Assembly: GCA_012295275.1 (NCBI GenBank)
Contig: CM022669.1
Location: forward strand, 11,966,001-12,030,000
Reading direction: 5' to 3'
Length of the DNA stretch: 64,000 bases
From: Chrysomallon squamiferum
Taxonomy: Eukaryota > Animalia > Mollusca
Shown here: piece after piece, positions 1 to 13,718 of the stretch
Position numbering within the stretch: position 1 is the first letter of the stretch
Layout: each line of letters begins with the position of its first letter
Program-made: the position numbers and the translations under genes
Notes under the pieces: model-generated
What the model was told of the DNA's origin: nothing
Database searches by the model: none
What the model saw: only the letters and a program-made list of their open reading frames with translations

Positions 1-1441
1 GAAAAAAGTTAATTAATTAAACGATGAATAAGTAAATAAATGAGACGTTTGTTCCACTTATTTATATTAAAACATTTTAATTTTTAATTTAAAAAAAAGA
101 AGCAGAACAAAATAAAAGTTACTTGATCTCATATCTAACATGCATAACTATTTCATTAATATAATCACAACTTACGAAGATGTAGTCTAAAATCTAAATA
201 TACTTCCCAGTTATGATTTATCCAGATTTTACCTCCCAGTTTTAATTAACAACACAGTATAACAATTACAGTTTATAAATATCAGGGCAGTGCCATTTAA
301 TACTCAAACCAAGTAATATAATAAGCTATAAGTATATAGACTTTTTAATTTTTTTAGACGATTCATTCGTACCACCACCAATACACTTAAACTTCCCATA
401 TAATATTAATATTCCTTGTTATGTTTTAATTTTTACAAAGTTGCTAAATACTATTATTTTTAAGCAAGTAAACACGAAGTCATCAAACATTACTCTGTAT
501 GCACTATGGTGACTTGTTTTATTTTTGCAAATATTTGATATTTCCATTTATAAAAATGTTTTCTTCTCCAAAAACAAAGCCCAGATCTCCCACGCACGTA
601 CGCACACTTACCTACATATATTGTACATTTCAGATTTTGTTTAACATACAACATTCATTATTTTATTCCCTTTGCACGTTCGCATCAAAATATTAAATTA
701 AATATAATTGTCTAAATAAAACAAATTCTGACATGCAATCAGTTTGTCAATGTCTACTAATCGGATAACGAAAGCAAAAGAACAAGATTGCTTATGCGTA
801 ACTACTGGATTTTTAATTATTTATTTATTTATATCTTTTTAAATAAAGCAGTGCAATGGCATCAAGGTATCTTTTCTGTAAAACATTAGAATTTCAAAAT
901 TAAAAAAAAAAAAAAAAAAAAAAATCAAAACCTTAGAAAACAACATATTAGTTGTCTATGACCGTCTCAACTCGATACAACTAAAGATAAGTTACATATC
1001 TTCGAATTGGTTCCAAGAGAAAAGAAATACACTAAAACAAGTTCTGTACTGAAACAGGTACATATTTCAAGCATAGTTGCACATTCATTATCCATTGGCT
1101 AAGCTTCACTTTCTTTCGTGAAGGTCCGTGTATTGTACGTTTTCCTCACTGATTTTGGTTGTTTGTTTGTTTGTTTGTTTCCGTTTCTCCTTCGTTCTTC
1201 CTTTTGTATACAAATATTTCTCTAAATACATCGAACGTAACGATGGCTTTGTGATGTTTTTTTTTTCCACTTCGATTTCAGATTTGTACAACATAATTTT
1301 TTTTTTGACGTAAAGATTATTACAAGAATATGTCACCCATCTCAGCATGTTCAGAAAATTAAATATTACATTTAGGCGAAAACGTCTCACCTTTTCATAA
1401 TCACAGTTACAGATATGCCGCCAATATAAAAGTATTCGGTA

Positions 1442-2212
1442 TCAAAAAGTTACAAGAAAGAAAGCAACATTGACAAATATCACATACAAAGGAATACCTG
1501 AGAACGTTTCTAAGGTCCTTCCGCGGTAACTGCTCGTCAGCTGATTGTGTCGTCTGCTGGAGAACTGAGTGTTAGGGAAACCGGACTGCGGCTCGCGATT
1601 AAAGCACAGTCTCTCTGTGTTGTCTTTCAGAGCCTGGCAGTCGTACTCCTCGCTGCCGTCGCAGCGACACGTCTGCAGCTTTCTGGAATTTTTCTGTCTG
1701 TACAGAATGGCCAAACTGTTGTTGCAGCGAGGAGTGCACTTCTCCCCGGTGATGAGTTTCATGCAGTGGCGGGCATAATACTCCAGCGCTGTCAGACAGG
1801 AAGTGTCGGCTTCGCACAACCACTGGGCCAGAGTGCACGTGACCACCGCGTCCTCGTCATACAGACTGCTCATGGCACCGAGGACGTCCGAGGTACAGAT
1901 CTCCACTCGCCTCTTTCGGGTTTCGCAGAACTCCTCTCCGCTGCAGTTACAGTTTATGAATGACGTTCCCGTCTGATCTTCGGTGGAAAGTAACGACAGA
2001 AGAGCGTGCTTGCATTCCACAGTACACGTGTTGACTTTGCCGTATATGACGTCACTGCACCCGACAAAGAAGTTCTTCAGAGCCATATTGCAACCGGTTC
2101 GCGAAAGACAGAGAATCCTGGTTCTATCACAGAGACTGGGTGTCACATCTTTTGCTAAAGTTGAGGACAGCTGCACGGACACTGCAACCAGCCATATTAC
2201 ACATAGCAGCAT
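1442..2212 (-). CDS. GAS1: Growth arrest-specific protein 1-like (GAS1), two Cys-rich GFRalpha-like domains, predicted GPI anchor; single coding exon, 256 aa
   Basis: The ORF track starts at a GTG (2230). The first ATG is at 2212 and an in-frame TAA lies upstream at 2239-2237. N-terminal signal peptide MLLCVIWLVAVSVQLSSTLA, then two Cys-rich domains (C..RILCLSRTGC..AL..FFVGC...CTVECKHALLSL...CNC....CE and CTLAQWLCEADTSCLTALEYY...C....CTPRCNNSL...L.TCRCDGSEEYDC) and a hydrophobic C-terminal tail. A probable leader intron spans 2583-2250 (GTGAGT ... TTAACCCTACAG). Confidence 0.88.
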   Translation of the reverse strand: MLLCVIWLVAVSVQLSSTLAKDVTPSLCDRTRILCLSRTGCNMALKNFFVGCSDVIYGKVNTCTVECKHALLSLLSTEDQTGTSFINCNCSGEEFCETRKRRVEICTSDVLGAMSSLYDEDAVVTCTLAQWLCEADTSCLTALEYYARHCMKLITGEKCTPRCNNSLAILYRQKNSRKLQTCRCDGSEEYDCQALKDNTERLCFNREPQSGFPNTQFSSRRHNQLTSSYRGRTLETFSGIPLYVIFVNVAFFLVTF

Positions 2213-2806
2213 TCTACGCGAAGATCCCACACTGGGTTAGTCGAAGAATCTGTAGGGTTAACATGAATACAACTTTCGCTTGTTACATTATCCAGCGATC
2301 TAGATTTAAAGGTATAGAAATGTGAAGAGAAAAAAGAAAACCAAAACAATTTAACAAATTTTGTTCAAATGATAATCAGTTTTCTGAAATTGCAAAAAGC
2401 TTTCAGTAGAATTAAAACGCTGTGTTTTGGAACCAGTGACATATTTTCGTTGTCAAAATAAACATATTCGTGAACGTAAGAAACAATCAAAATTCCAAGG
2501 TTAAAACTGTTTTTGGCATCCCTTAAAAATACAAAAATTAGCTATCAGTAATCCTGATTAAGAATCACATTTCTGTCACTCACTAATGAGTCTACTGGTT
2601 TGACCTGAGCTCTTCTTGTCAGCTATATCCATGATGTACTTTCCTCTGGGACATGTGTATTCCCAGGGGAGGGGCACCCCGAAATCTTCAAACAGCTCCC
2701 ATAACCAATTGAAACTGTAGTAATTGATACAGCAGTTTGACTGACAGCTGCAGACCCTAGCCATGACGTCGACTTCATCGTCAATTACAGATAAAAATCC
2801 ACGCAT
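2197..2806 (-). CDS. Putative spliced upstream ORF (~91 aa) in the GAS1 5' leader, overlapping the GAS1 start codon out of frame
   Basis: ATG at 2806 opens 74 codons up to the donor A|GTGAGT (exon end 2584). Joining to the acceptor at 2249 gives NSSTNPVWDLRVECCYV-stop (TAA 2199-2197). No homolog recognised and translation is unproven. Confidence 0.35.
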
Positions 2807-3182
2807 AATCCATAGTGATAAATCTGTACACTTTCGAAGCCTCTTGTTACGCTACAGCTCCTTGTAGCGTCGCTCAGTTTTCTAGTTTAACGCAGTTTGG
2901 AAAGTCTGAATGTTTCGTCATGATTTCGGTCTATTGTCGGCCGCATTCGCACTCTGCATGTATACTATACGAGTTGTTAAATAAACACACCTTCTTCCGA
3001 ACATCAACAACGCTCCCACACTTTACAAATTATCCGCTGGTAACATACAATCAAAGAAACATTTCGAACATTTCGCACAAAAACAAATACACGGGGAGAG
3101 AGAAAAAAAAGAAGAAGAAGAAAGAAACTAGCATTTCAGTCGGCCTCTTGGCTTTCTGCTAAGCGGAAAACAAGCCCGCGCA

Positions 3183-3200
3183 GACACATATATAACGAGT
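3183..3200 (-). promoter_or_regulatory. Possible TATA-like element upstream of the GAS1 leader
   Basis: The minus strand reads GTTATATATGTGTC at the edge of a CpG-richer block (about 2580-3620). Motif match only. Confidence 0.25.
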
Positions 3201-4126
3201 TTCAACATGGAGTCGGTTTGCTGTCAAACCGGTGCTCGTTTACTTGTTCATAAATTTCCAAGCAGAATTTTTGACAGCGTTTCGTGGATTTGGGTTACTG
3301 CTTCCGACGAAGGTAGTAAAATAGCACTTATCTGTTAGTTGCAGACGATTAGTGGTCGTAGTTTATAAACACAGCCCATTCATTGCGAGAATCGCTTCGT
3401 TTAGCGTACGCGCTCGAGATTAAATAAAATAGCGTGATGTGGGGAAATGATACATCGTAATCTACGTGTCTATCACTTTTCTCCCGTTAAACTTCTACTT
3501 ACGATGTTATTAGGTGCGAACCACTAAAACGTCACCTAGTCAGTTATAACACCTTACTATACTTTGTTTAATTGGGAAAACACGTGCATTTTGGTGCTGC
3601 GGTGTGTAGCCTGCTTAAGAAAGTAAATGTAAAGAAATTTTGCATACACTTAGTTTCTTTTCTCGTACATTTTTTTTTTTTTTTTTTTTTAATTATTAAA
3701 ATGCATTTCATAGGGTTATGCATTTCACGTTAATTCTGCTTAAAATTTTTGCTTGTAATAAAGTTAGTTAACTATAAGTATCCCTTTTCACAATTTTGAA
3801 AACAAGCCGCTAGAACAAACATTCCAGACTTATAGGACTCCTAGTGTTGCTTGGAACATAGACTAAGAATTTTAAAAACATCAGTTTAACAATTTTAATC
3901 GCTTATCGGATTCCTGTACACAACACGGGTTTCTGTGAAAGCTTAGAAAACAACATCAGCGACGGAAAATTACTTTTATTATCAAAAATGAATAAGTGAA
4001 CAGTTGTTGCGTTGTTTTTCTTATGATTTTATAGAAATTGAATTTATTAATTTATTTTTACGAATGTTCAAGTTAAAAAGCAAACTTTAACATCTGTTTT
4101 AAATGCATTTTAAACCTGAAAAAAAA

Positions 4127-4158
<32 letters not shown>

Positions 4159-7100
4159 GAAACTTATAAATATGAAAAATAAAAATAAGTTATAATGGAG
4201 AGAGAGAGAGATGTAGTCATCTTAAATGCATGGAAAATAAAAAAAGAAAGAAAGAAAATACCAGGGTGAGGCAAATAGAAATAACTTTTTTTTTTTTTTT
4301 TCCTTTTGAAAAAAAAAAAAAAAAAAAATTGTTTGACTTGCACATTGAAGAAATGTCGTTTGTTAGGAGAAAAAAAAAATTGTAAAATTATTATTATGGT
4401 CTTAACATTAACTGCTGACTTAATATGTTCAGTAATGATAGAGTCTATACCCCGTGCTGTTTTCCATACAATTATTACTGCGGTGTTTCTTTCAAATTCG
4501 AGTTGCGATCTCGGCGGAAACTGAACAAATGACTGGGTTGTGTATAAAGTTTGTCAAACGTTAGATATGTCATTAAAGTATGTTTCTTTCACAATTCGTT
4601 CCATTTTACGAACAAATGTTGTCGAAAATTACATTCGTGTCGTGTTCTTTTCTGTGTCACATTCTTTTTTATTTTGATTATTATAATTTTTTTTTCTTTT
4701 TTTTTTCAATTTTAGCGAATTTTTTGATGCGGAACATCCTGAGTTTTGACGATTATTATTTATTTTTAAATAGGGTGATAACAAGTGCAGTCACGATTTT
4801 ACATGAAATTATATTTCATTATTATTTCGCAGTGTACATTAGTATATATTATTATACGGGTAATCTTCAGTTTAGGTCAACTACTTGTTATTGGAGTTTT
4901 ATTCAATATTTTGCTAAGATGTTTTATTTTACTTCTAGTGATGATATAAAAAATGTCATTTAAAAAGCTGTACAAACGTTCTTTCACGTCTCGTGAAACC
5001 AATTCATAGATCTAAGCTGCATGATTACCATTATATTTATTATATATTGCTTTCATATCAGGCATGGTGACATTCATTCTTACTTGGGGGTAAAAGACGG
5101 AAGGTGAGAAATTTTAATTTTCACAAACTAAATGTTATGAGGGAAAATATTTATTTTTCGAAGTTGAATAATCCTGTATTAAATTATCATACGTATTACT
5201 GTTTATTCATATTGTATTTTGATGCATTTTTTTATATTTCAATTTCATCACGATGTACGTCATCAATGTTGACACTAACCATCTGGCGCCATTTTACCCC
5301 GCCTTCCCGCTGTTAAAGGCAACATATCACTCCGCGTGAACTGTGTTTGGTGTCTAGCAGTAAATAGAAAAGATACACGAACGTTATTCAAACCTGCTTT
5401 ATTCGGCAACAAGCCAGACGTAACATTCCTATAGAAAATATAAATACTAATAACTGTGTTAACACGAACCTGATTTTTAACGAGCTGAAGCATTCATTTT
5501 CGCATCGTGAATTCACATACAATTATACAGGAGAAGAAATATTAAAACACGTTCTCGCGATTGTTACAGAACTAAACGTACAGCTAAGTGCCTGGCTTTC
5601 ATACCTGCACAAACTTGTTATCGCGAGAAATATAGTTATGGATGCTGACACATCATACTCAGTTTTGGTTCAGACTTTGTGTTAGTTAATACTGGCTACA
5701 AGAAATCTTCCAAAATCGACACTAAGGAAATAATTGTATGGATGTGATACATAACTGTTGGCTAGAATGTGTCACGGTTATATAATGGAAGATTAAACTG
5801 CGTTTAGATCAGAGGGACGTAATCCTAAGGAAATTAACAGCTGAGAGGATCCATGAACCAAAGATTATGAAACACTCGATACAAAAGGAAGATACAGATA
5901 TTTTGTTAACAGCCCGGAAATATAATATTAATATAAGAGAAATTTGAAAACTAGGAATAATACAATGCGGAAATAATACATTAATAACAATTTCAAGGGA
6001 TTCATAAAATAAAAAAAATAGTAATAATAAATAAATAAATAAAAATGACTGAAAGGAAATGTATTAAGCAATATAACACGTCACCCATCAAATATAATAA
6101 CAACATGCACAGAATAAAGCTTTTACATATAAACATGGGCAAAAGGTTTTAAACAGAAGTAATAGCGTCCCTATGTGCTTGTCCTACTTTATCATGAGCA
6201 AAGAGTGTTGCCAAGCAATGTAAAATATGCATACAATTTTCGGTACGTGTTTATATGCGGTTAACTATCACATTTATTAGGATTTGATATTATATCTAAC
6301 AGTAATTTTAATAAGATGTATGCTCTGTATTTTCCCCTACAAATCTAACATATGTATGTATTAACCTTTTGCAATTTTTGGCAGGGAAGTTAGTATTGTG
6401 GAGTCTACGCCAAGGCATGTATGCTTTCTAACAACTAGCTGCATATAGCAGATTAAAACTTTCACAATCCCAGGACTATCATATCAGTGTAACGTTTAAC
6501 ATAAGCAATGCGGAGCCGCCATTTGCAATCTCAAACAAACAGTCCACACATTCTGATATATTAATAACGTATTCCCCAGGAGATTTCCGCAGAAACGAAA
6601 AATTAAAAAAGAACCTCCCACGCCAACAATGAAGTTTCCATCTCTCGTTATTTCATATCTACGTCTTTTTTTAGAGATCAGAGACATCAAAGTCTGAAAA
6701 CGTGTCAACCTTTATCTTTAGTATGTGTCTGGGTGTCAAGATAGGCAAGCACTGTCGACAGTGATGTACAATAACCATAAAAATGACACTTGTGGAACCA
6801 GTAATATTATTTTTAAAGATCTGAATGTTAACAGAAAGAATTATTTTTTTATTATTTTTTTTATTATTATAATGAAGAACAAAAAGAAAGAAAGAAAGAA
6901 AAATGTTATAAAATAAAATAAATAAAATATATAATTACTGCAGTTATTTTTTTCTTTTCAGTATTTCGTTCTTTATCTTTTTTCTTTTTCATTCTTTCTT
7001 TGTTTTGTTTTGTTTTCTTAATTTTTGTTTTCTTTTCTTTTTCAAAATTAATACTAAAATCTTTTTCTAAAAAATAAATTTGTTCTAATAATTAAATACA

Positions 7101-7367
7101 GAGCTCTGGTTGAAATGGGAAAAAAAACTCCTTAAAAGAAATTAGATTGAAGCATATAATATGCGAACTACTGCTATTGATCTATGCCATTATCTTTATC
7201 ACAGTTAAAACAACAATTTTTAAAAGAAGAAAAATATTAAACTTTTCTTTCTCGTTCTCTCTCTCCTTTAAACACACACACACACACACAAACATAAACG
7301 AGAAAAAAAAAGGAGAAAAAATCTAAACCAAAAACTCAAAACATTAAACACGAAATTTTAATTTAAG

Positions 7368-7404
<37 letters not shown>

Positions 7405-7665
7405 AAGTAAAACATTTTTACATAACTAATGAAAAGAAAACATAAACCCCAAAATACGATATGGGCAATATTCAGTTTGTTTATTTATGGTTTACCACAA
7501 GGTCGAGGGTAACAAATAGTGATGTAACGATAAAGTTTCGTCTGCTTATCAGTAATTTATTTCATTAGACGTCACCGATATACAAATACTATTAACCTGG
7601 CAACTTATCATATTCTTGACTTTGGCTAATCGTCTGACGTTTTCTTGTAGCGGGCTGTCTTAAGC

Positions 7666-7846
<181 letters not shown>

Positions 7847-8150
7847 TTACATACATATACATACTGACATGACATAAGACATTACAAAGGAAGTCTGGCG
7901 ATATCTGAAACGAAAATGAGATAATACAAGTGATGAATGAACGTGTCAAAAATACATTAAACGAAATAAATGAAAATTATTCGGCGCTGCTGTCACTTTC
8001 AGCAGAGTTGTGAAAATTAAATAACGCTATTAAAATATCACATTACCACTTATAATTTATTATAATAGGCATGTGCAGGGGTTTATTATAATAATTCTGG
8101 ATATCCTAACGTATTACTGTTGCCATCCTTATTATAAATCTCTTTTATTA

Positions 8151-8183
<33 letters not shown>

Positions 8184-8690
8184 AAATTTAAAAAAAAATA
8201 AAAAAACCCTAACAAGATCACGAATTAAATATTCATCGAAATTATAATGACTATAAGGAAACACCTTTAACTCTAACATCACCAACATCAGCGCTGAATT
8301 TAAACATAACTGGCATCGTTGTGGGTCCAGCAACAATTTTAAAATACCCTGTGCTTTCAGAGTTTATCGAACGATGAATGTAGTTTGTTCTGTCAATTAA
8401 AAACACAGAAAACTCTTAAAGAAATTTGTAATTAAAAATTGATAACGTACAAAAGTAAAATAATAATAATAATAATATATAAAACAAACATCCATTTTTA
8501 TATAAATAAATAAAAAAAATAATAATAATAATAATAATAATAATAGTAGTAGTAATAGTAATAGTAATATCATATAAATAAATAATAGCGCCTATATATT
8601 AACATACAACCTGTGTAACTGAAAAAACTGTAATAACAAAGAACATTAATAATTAATCACCCTGCAAGTGCTCTTAAAAGTACAGTAGAT

Positions 8691-8743
<53 letters not shown>
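8691..8743. repeat. (AC)n microsatellite
   Basis: Directly visible. Confidence 0.9.
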
Positions 8744-8744
<1 letters not shown>

Positions 8745-8877
8745 GGTTACTTCTGTTTTCGTTTAGAACTTTAAGCCACGGTTAGCACGCGATTCTGACG
8801 GGCTGTGTAACACTGCGTGCTTCTAAAACACACCCAGTCAACCTCTGAGGCCTGCCAAGCTTGTTTTAAAGTTTTCT

Positions 8878-8966
8878 TTTTTTCTCCAATACTCGCTTCC
8901 AACAAGTATTCTTTTTTTCTCCAATACTCGCTTCCAAAAAGTATTCTTTTTTTCTTCAATACTCGC
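8878..8966. repeat. 35-bp tandem repeat, about 2.6 copies
   Basis: Unit TTTTTTTCTCCAATACTCGCTTCCAACAAGTATTC, with an internal AATACT/AGTATT inverted pair. Confidence 0.85.
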
Positions 8967-8992
8967 ACAAAAACGCAGCAAGCTAGCTAGTT

Positions 8993-8994
<2 letters not shown>

Positions 8995-9057
<63 letters not shown>
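8995..9057. repeat. (CT)n microsatellite
   Basis: Directly visible. Confidence 0.95.
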
Positions 9058-9060
<3 letters not shown>

Positions 9061-9907
9061 CGCTTTAAATACGTGAATACTGAAGCTATTTAATTGACCA
9101 CGTTTACGTATGCAAGTCGTGAAAAGTAGCTCGCCTTTAAACACCTGTTTCAAATATTTGAATTTCCATGTACAAGGTTGTTTTAGTGAAAGAGTGTGGG
9201 CGCATAGTTAAGAAAAGAAATCGATGTGGAAAAATTAAAGTTCAAAATGACTCGACACGTGATCTTTTTTTTTCTTCAAATTTTAGAAAATGAATATTTA
9301 ATTATTATTATTATTATGTATTCAGAGTTTATTTTTTTCAAATACCGGTTATTTCGAAATGTTCTTTTTATCTCGTTTTATTAATCCACACCATCAAAAT
9401 AGGATAAACATTTTTATAGAAAATTTACGCATAGAATAATTTAAAAGAGTTATGGCAGCTATGTAATTACAAGTAATTTCCACTGAAAAGAAATACATGT
9501 TAAATTTCATATTCGTAAATTCTGTTTCATATCTTTTTTAATCTTAATTTTTGTTTGTGCGTGTTTTTATTATTATTTTTAAGAGGTGTTTTCATTGGCG
9601 TCCGCTTTGTTGGACGGTATATAAATAAATATATGTAATGGATTTTTTTAATTGTGGGCGAAGTAAATATGTGTCTTCTTTTTCTTCCTTCTTTTCCTTT
9701 TAACATTCTAGTTTTGTTTTTGATCTTTTCTTTTATTTATATATTTTTAAATATCACAGAAATTATTCTGCTGGTTTGTTTTTTATTATTAAATGTATTT
9801 TTCTTTATCTGTTTATATAAAATGGCTCAAAGAAATCTTAATCACAAATACTTCAGAATGTACATATGAGCACTATAATAATTAACTTTCAAAACCAGAA
9901 AATTCAC

Positions 9908-11585
9908 TAATTAAATCTACCTAAAAGATCATAATAAAAAGATTATACTGAAATATTAATAATTTTTAGTAACACTCATTCAAGTGCATAAACATTGAAC
10001 ACTAAAATAATAATAATAATAATAATAATAAATATATAAAATAAATTATAAGTCAAAATAGAAAATACTAAAGCAGCACTAACAAACTAATAGTTTTAAT
10101 ATATATATATATAAATATATATCTTTTTTAATTGCTCAGAAACACAAATAATTTACAAATTTACCAATTAAACTGCATCCTTAAATTATAATTTTGCAAC
10201 AAATAAATACTGGCACCAACGTAGCAATAAAAGTAATGTGTTAGTAATACCATTCTAAATGAAATAAGCAATATCACAAAAAACTTTAAATAACAAAATT
10301 ATGTTAACAACTTTTAGAAATTAGAATAATCAACAAAAATATCTGTAAATATCAGAAATAATTTAACAGAAATACAGATGTAACATAAATAAAAGTTAAA
10401 CGCACATACATGTAAGTCAATGAAAAAAAGTCGTAGTCTTGATCCACTATTTCATGTTGAAATAAAATATGTAAGTATATTTGTATACTTGAAGAAAAAA
10501 GAAAAATACTGATATTCTAGTTAAAAATTCATATACAAATGTGTATCTTGTAATAACACTGTTTAACAAATGTGGACAGTGATACAGAAACTTGGTCCAA
10601 GATTTAAACAAATAAGGTAACTTAAAATTATTATTATTATTTCTTTTTAATCAAAATAAACCTTTTCCTGGTTAACATAATTTTAAAACTTTTTATCAAA
10701 TTATCTCTCTTTAAATAAGTGATATGCTTATTTAATAACGATAAAACTATGCAATCGCACCTATTACATAACATATGTGATTATTTATAAAATCTTAAAT
10801 ATACCAATAGTAATAATAATAATAAAGAAAGAAATAAAGAAATAAACTGAAATTAAAAAAATATTGTGAATTAAATCTACACAGAACATCATAATAAAAA
10901 GATTATCTTGAAATATTAACAATTTTAATTGTATGTAACACACATAAATAAAAAAAAGTAATAATAAAATAAACATATATAAAATAAATTATAATAGTTA
11001 AAATTGAAAATACTAAATCAGCACTAACAAACAATAGTTTTAATATATATATATAAATATATATCTTTTTTAATTGCTCAGAAACACAAATAATTTACAA
11101 ACATTTACAATTAAACCACATCCATAAATTATAATGTAGCTACAAATAAATATTGGCACTAATGTAGCAATAAAAGTAATGTGTTAGTAATGCCCATTCT
11201 AAATCATGTGAGCAATATCACCAAAAATTTAAGTAACAAAAAAATGTTAACAACTCTTGGAAATTAGAATAATCTACAAAAATATCTGTATGTATCAGAA
11301 ATTATTTAAGAGAAATACAAACATAATATAAATAAAAGATATACAAATGTGTATCTTGTAATAATACTGTTTAACAAACATATATAGCAATACAGAAACT
11401 TGGTCCAAGATTAAAACAATTAAGGTAACTTAAAATATTTATTTATTATTATTATTATTTTTTTTAATCAAATTACACATTTTCCTGATTAAGATAAATT
11501 TAAAACTATGAAAACACACCTATTATATAACATATTGGATTATTTATAAAAATCTTTAACGGTACCAATGATAATAATAATAAAT
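9908..11585. repeat. Diverged tandem duplication (copy A about 9908-10825, copy B about 10868-11585)
   Basis: Shared anchors in the same order: AATTAAATCTAC..ATCATAATAAAAAGATTAT; GCACTAACAAAC..TTAATTGCTCAGAAACACAAATAATTTACAAA; GTAGCAATAAAAGTAATGTGTTAGTAAT; ATACAAATGTGTATCTTGTAATAA; ATACAGAAACTTGGTCCAAGATT. Copy A has extra segments at about 10398-10532 and 10690-10745. Confidence 0.9.
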
Positions 11586-12143
11586 ATAAATTTAAAAAAC
11601 ATTTGAATAATCATTTTTATTGTTTTTATTTTTATCAATTCATTTAATATGTAATGAAAAAAATTATAATCTTAGCCTAGATGCAATCTCATAAAATGTT
11701 TCTTCATTATTATCAAAAACTGACTGCTAGAAACAAATAAAACAATAACTTAAAAATAAAATAAAATGTTTCAGGAAAGTTATACAAACCACCATAGTAC
11801 ATTTTTACCAATTATAAAATTTCAGATTAATAATATCTCATCTGTTTACTGATCAAAGCAAAACTACATTCTTGCTTGCAATAATAAAATTAAAAGCATA
11901 TTTATTTTAAGTGTATCTTGTCTACATGGAATAACAGAACACAGCCTTTATTAATTAATTTAATATCAAAATAAAAACATGAATGTATGAATAAAAAATG
12001 GCTACATCATTTTTTTATTTGAGATTTAAAAAAAAATTTATATCACATAAATATGTATCTAACACATGTGACATCAAAATGAAGTACATAAAATAGAAAT
12101 TTAATCATGCTACTGGAAAAAGATTTGATATGCAATTCTTGTT

Positions 12144-12209
<66 letters not shown>

Positions 12210-13590
12210 GTATGTGTATGTGTATGTGAAGTAAATTAAATTAAATTAAATTAAAGTTATTTTGCTTGATTTTTTTATTTAAATAAATGATGCCTATATT
12301 CATTTATTTTAAATTTTAGATTTTAAAATATATTTATAAAATATTCTTTTGATTATGACAAATATAATTGTTCTTTCTTTGCTAAAACTACTTAAAACTA
12401 AATACATTCTAATATGCATGTGTGTGTATGTGCACATGCATTTGCATCACAATATATCTTATTAATCGATAAAAATGTATCCATTTATTACTGCTTTAAA
12501 TAAATATAAATAATTAAATAAAAATAATTTTAAAACAGGTCTTTATACAAGTTATGTTTTCAGTATCTTTAGTTTTCTGTCAAAACTTTTATATAACCAT
12601 AAACGTATGTATGTACACATATACATGCATATATAAATACATACATAAAACATTAATCAAAAAGAATTGCTGAACATTTATTATATGACACTTGTTTCAA
12701 CATGCATAAATCTCAGTAATCATCATAATCAGTTAACCATCACTAACACGTTTTTCAATGTAAATAGTTATATTATGCAAAATATTTTCATAAAAATGGC
12801 AAAAATGTGCATCATAAATAATATCACAATCTAGTGGACAAATCTGACAAGCAATAAATTTTGTTGTCATGACTAAAAACATGCTGCACTTGATATTTTT
12901 ATGTATATCATAACAATAATATATTATAGAAAAATATAAAAAGAAAATAAACTTATGTAATCTAACATATAACTATGTGAGATTAGGGAAAGACTCATTG
13001 TACAAAATGTCCCTGCTGTTTTAAATTAATAAATATTTATATATATTTTTACAAATGCTTAAGACGTGGAGAAAAATAATTTTATTGAAAGCTGAGATTC
13101 TTTTCACCATCTGGATTTACAAGTGTGTTTATTTACACAATAAATATGTATAACCAACAAAATATTTTAGGAAAAGACATGAAAAAACCTGAAATCATAC
13201 TTATAATATCCCAATTATTTTGTATATTTTTGAGTCAGTACTCAATATGCTCAGCATATCCAAACTGATTTATAAATTACAGAAATGTATACTTCCATAT
13301 CAAAAGAGACACAACAAAAATAAATACACAATTGTTAGGATTTCCAAAACGTGATTTGTAAATGGTGGCAACCACTTCAACAACATGAAACAACAGAAAA
13401 GCCCAAGATGATTTACAGGTATCATCACAGTTTGTAAATAACAATTACTACAAGGAATAAAAACCAAAGAAATGCCCACTATTTACAGGTCATAACTAAT
13501 ACTATTTCATTGTAGATATTTGAGTATAACTGAACAATAGAATAAATTTCTTGACCATGGCTCAGTATATTTTAGTTCCTTGAGAATATG

Positions 13591-13718
13591 ATTTAAGGCA
13601 ATATTTAATAATATCTGGTTAAGATATTTTTGACTAAAATAACACCACTTACAGGATTTAAGGCAATATTTAATAACATCTGGCTAAAATAGTTTTAACT
13701 AAAGCAATGCAACTTAAC
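13591..13718. repeat. Two-copy tandem duplication of about 65 bp in the SLC22 3' flank
   Basis: ATTTAAGGCAATATTTAATAA(T/C)ATCTGG(T/C)TAA occurs at 13591 and about 13656. Confidence 0.8.

Noticed and set aside
1547-2325. Several overlapping ORFs on both strands over GAS1
   Set aside because: Shadow frames of a GC-richer coding exon with no recognisable domain.
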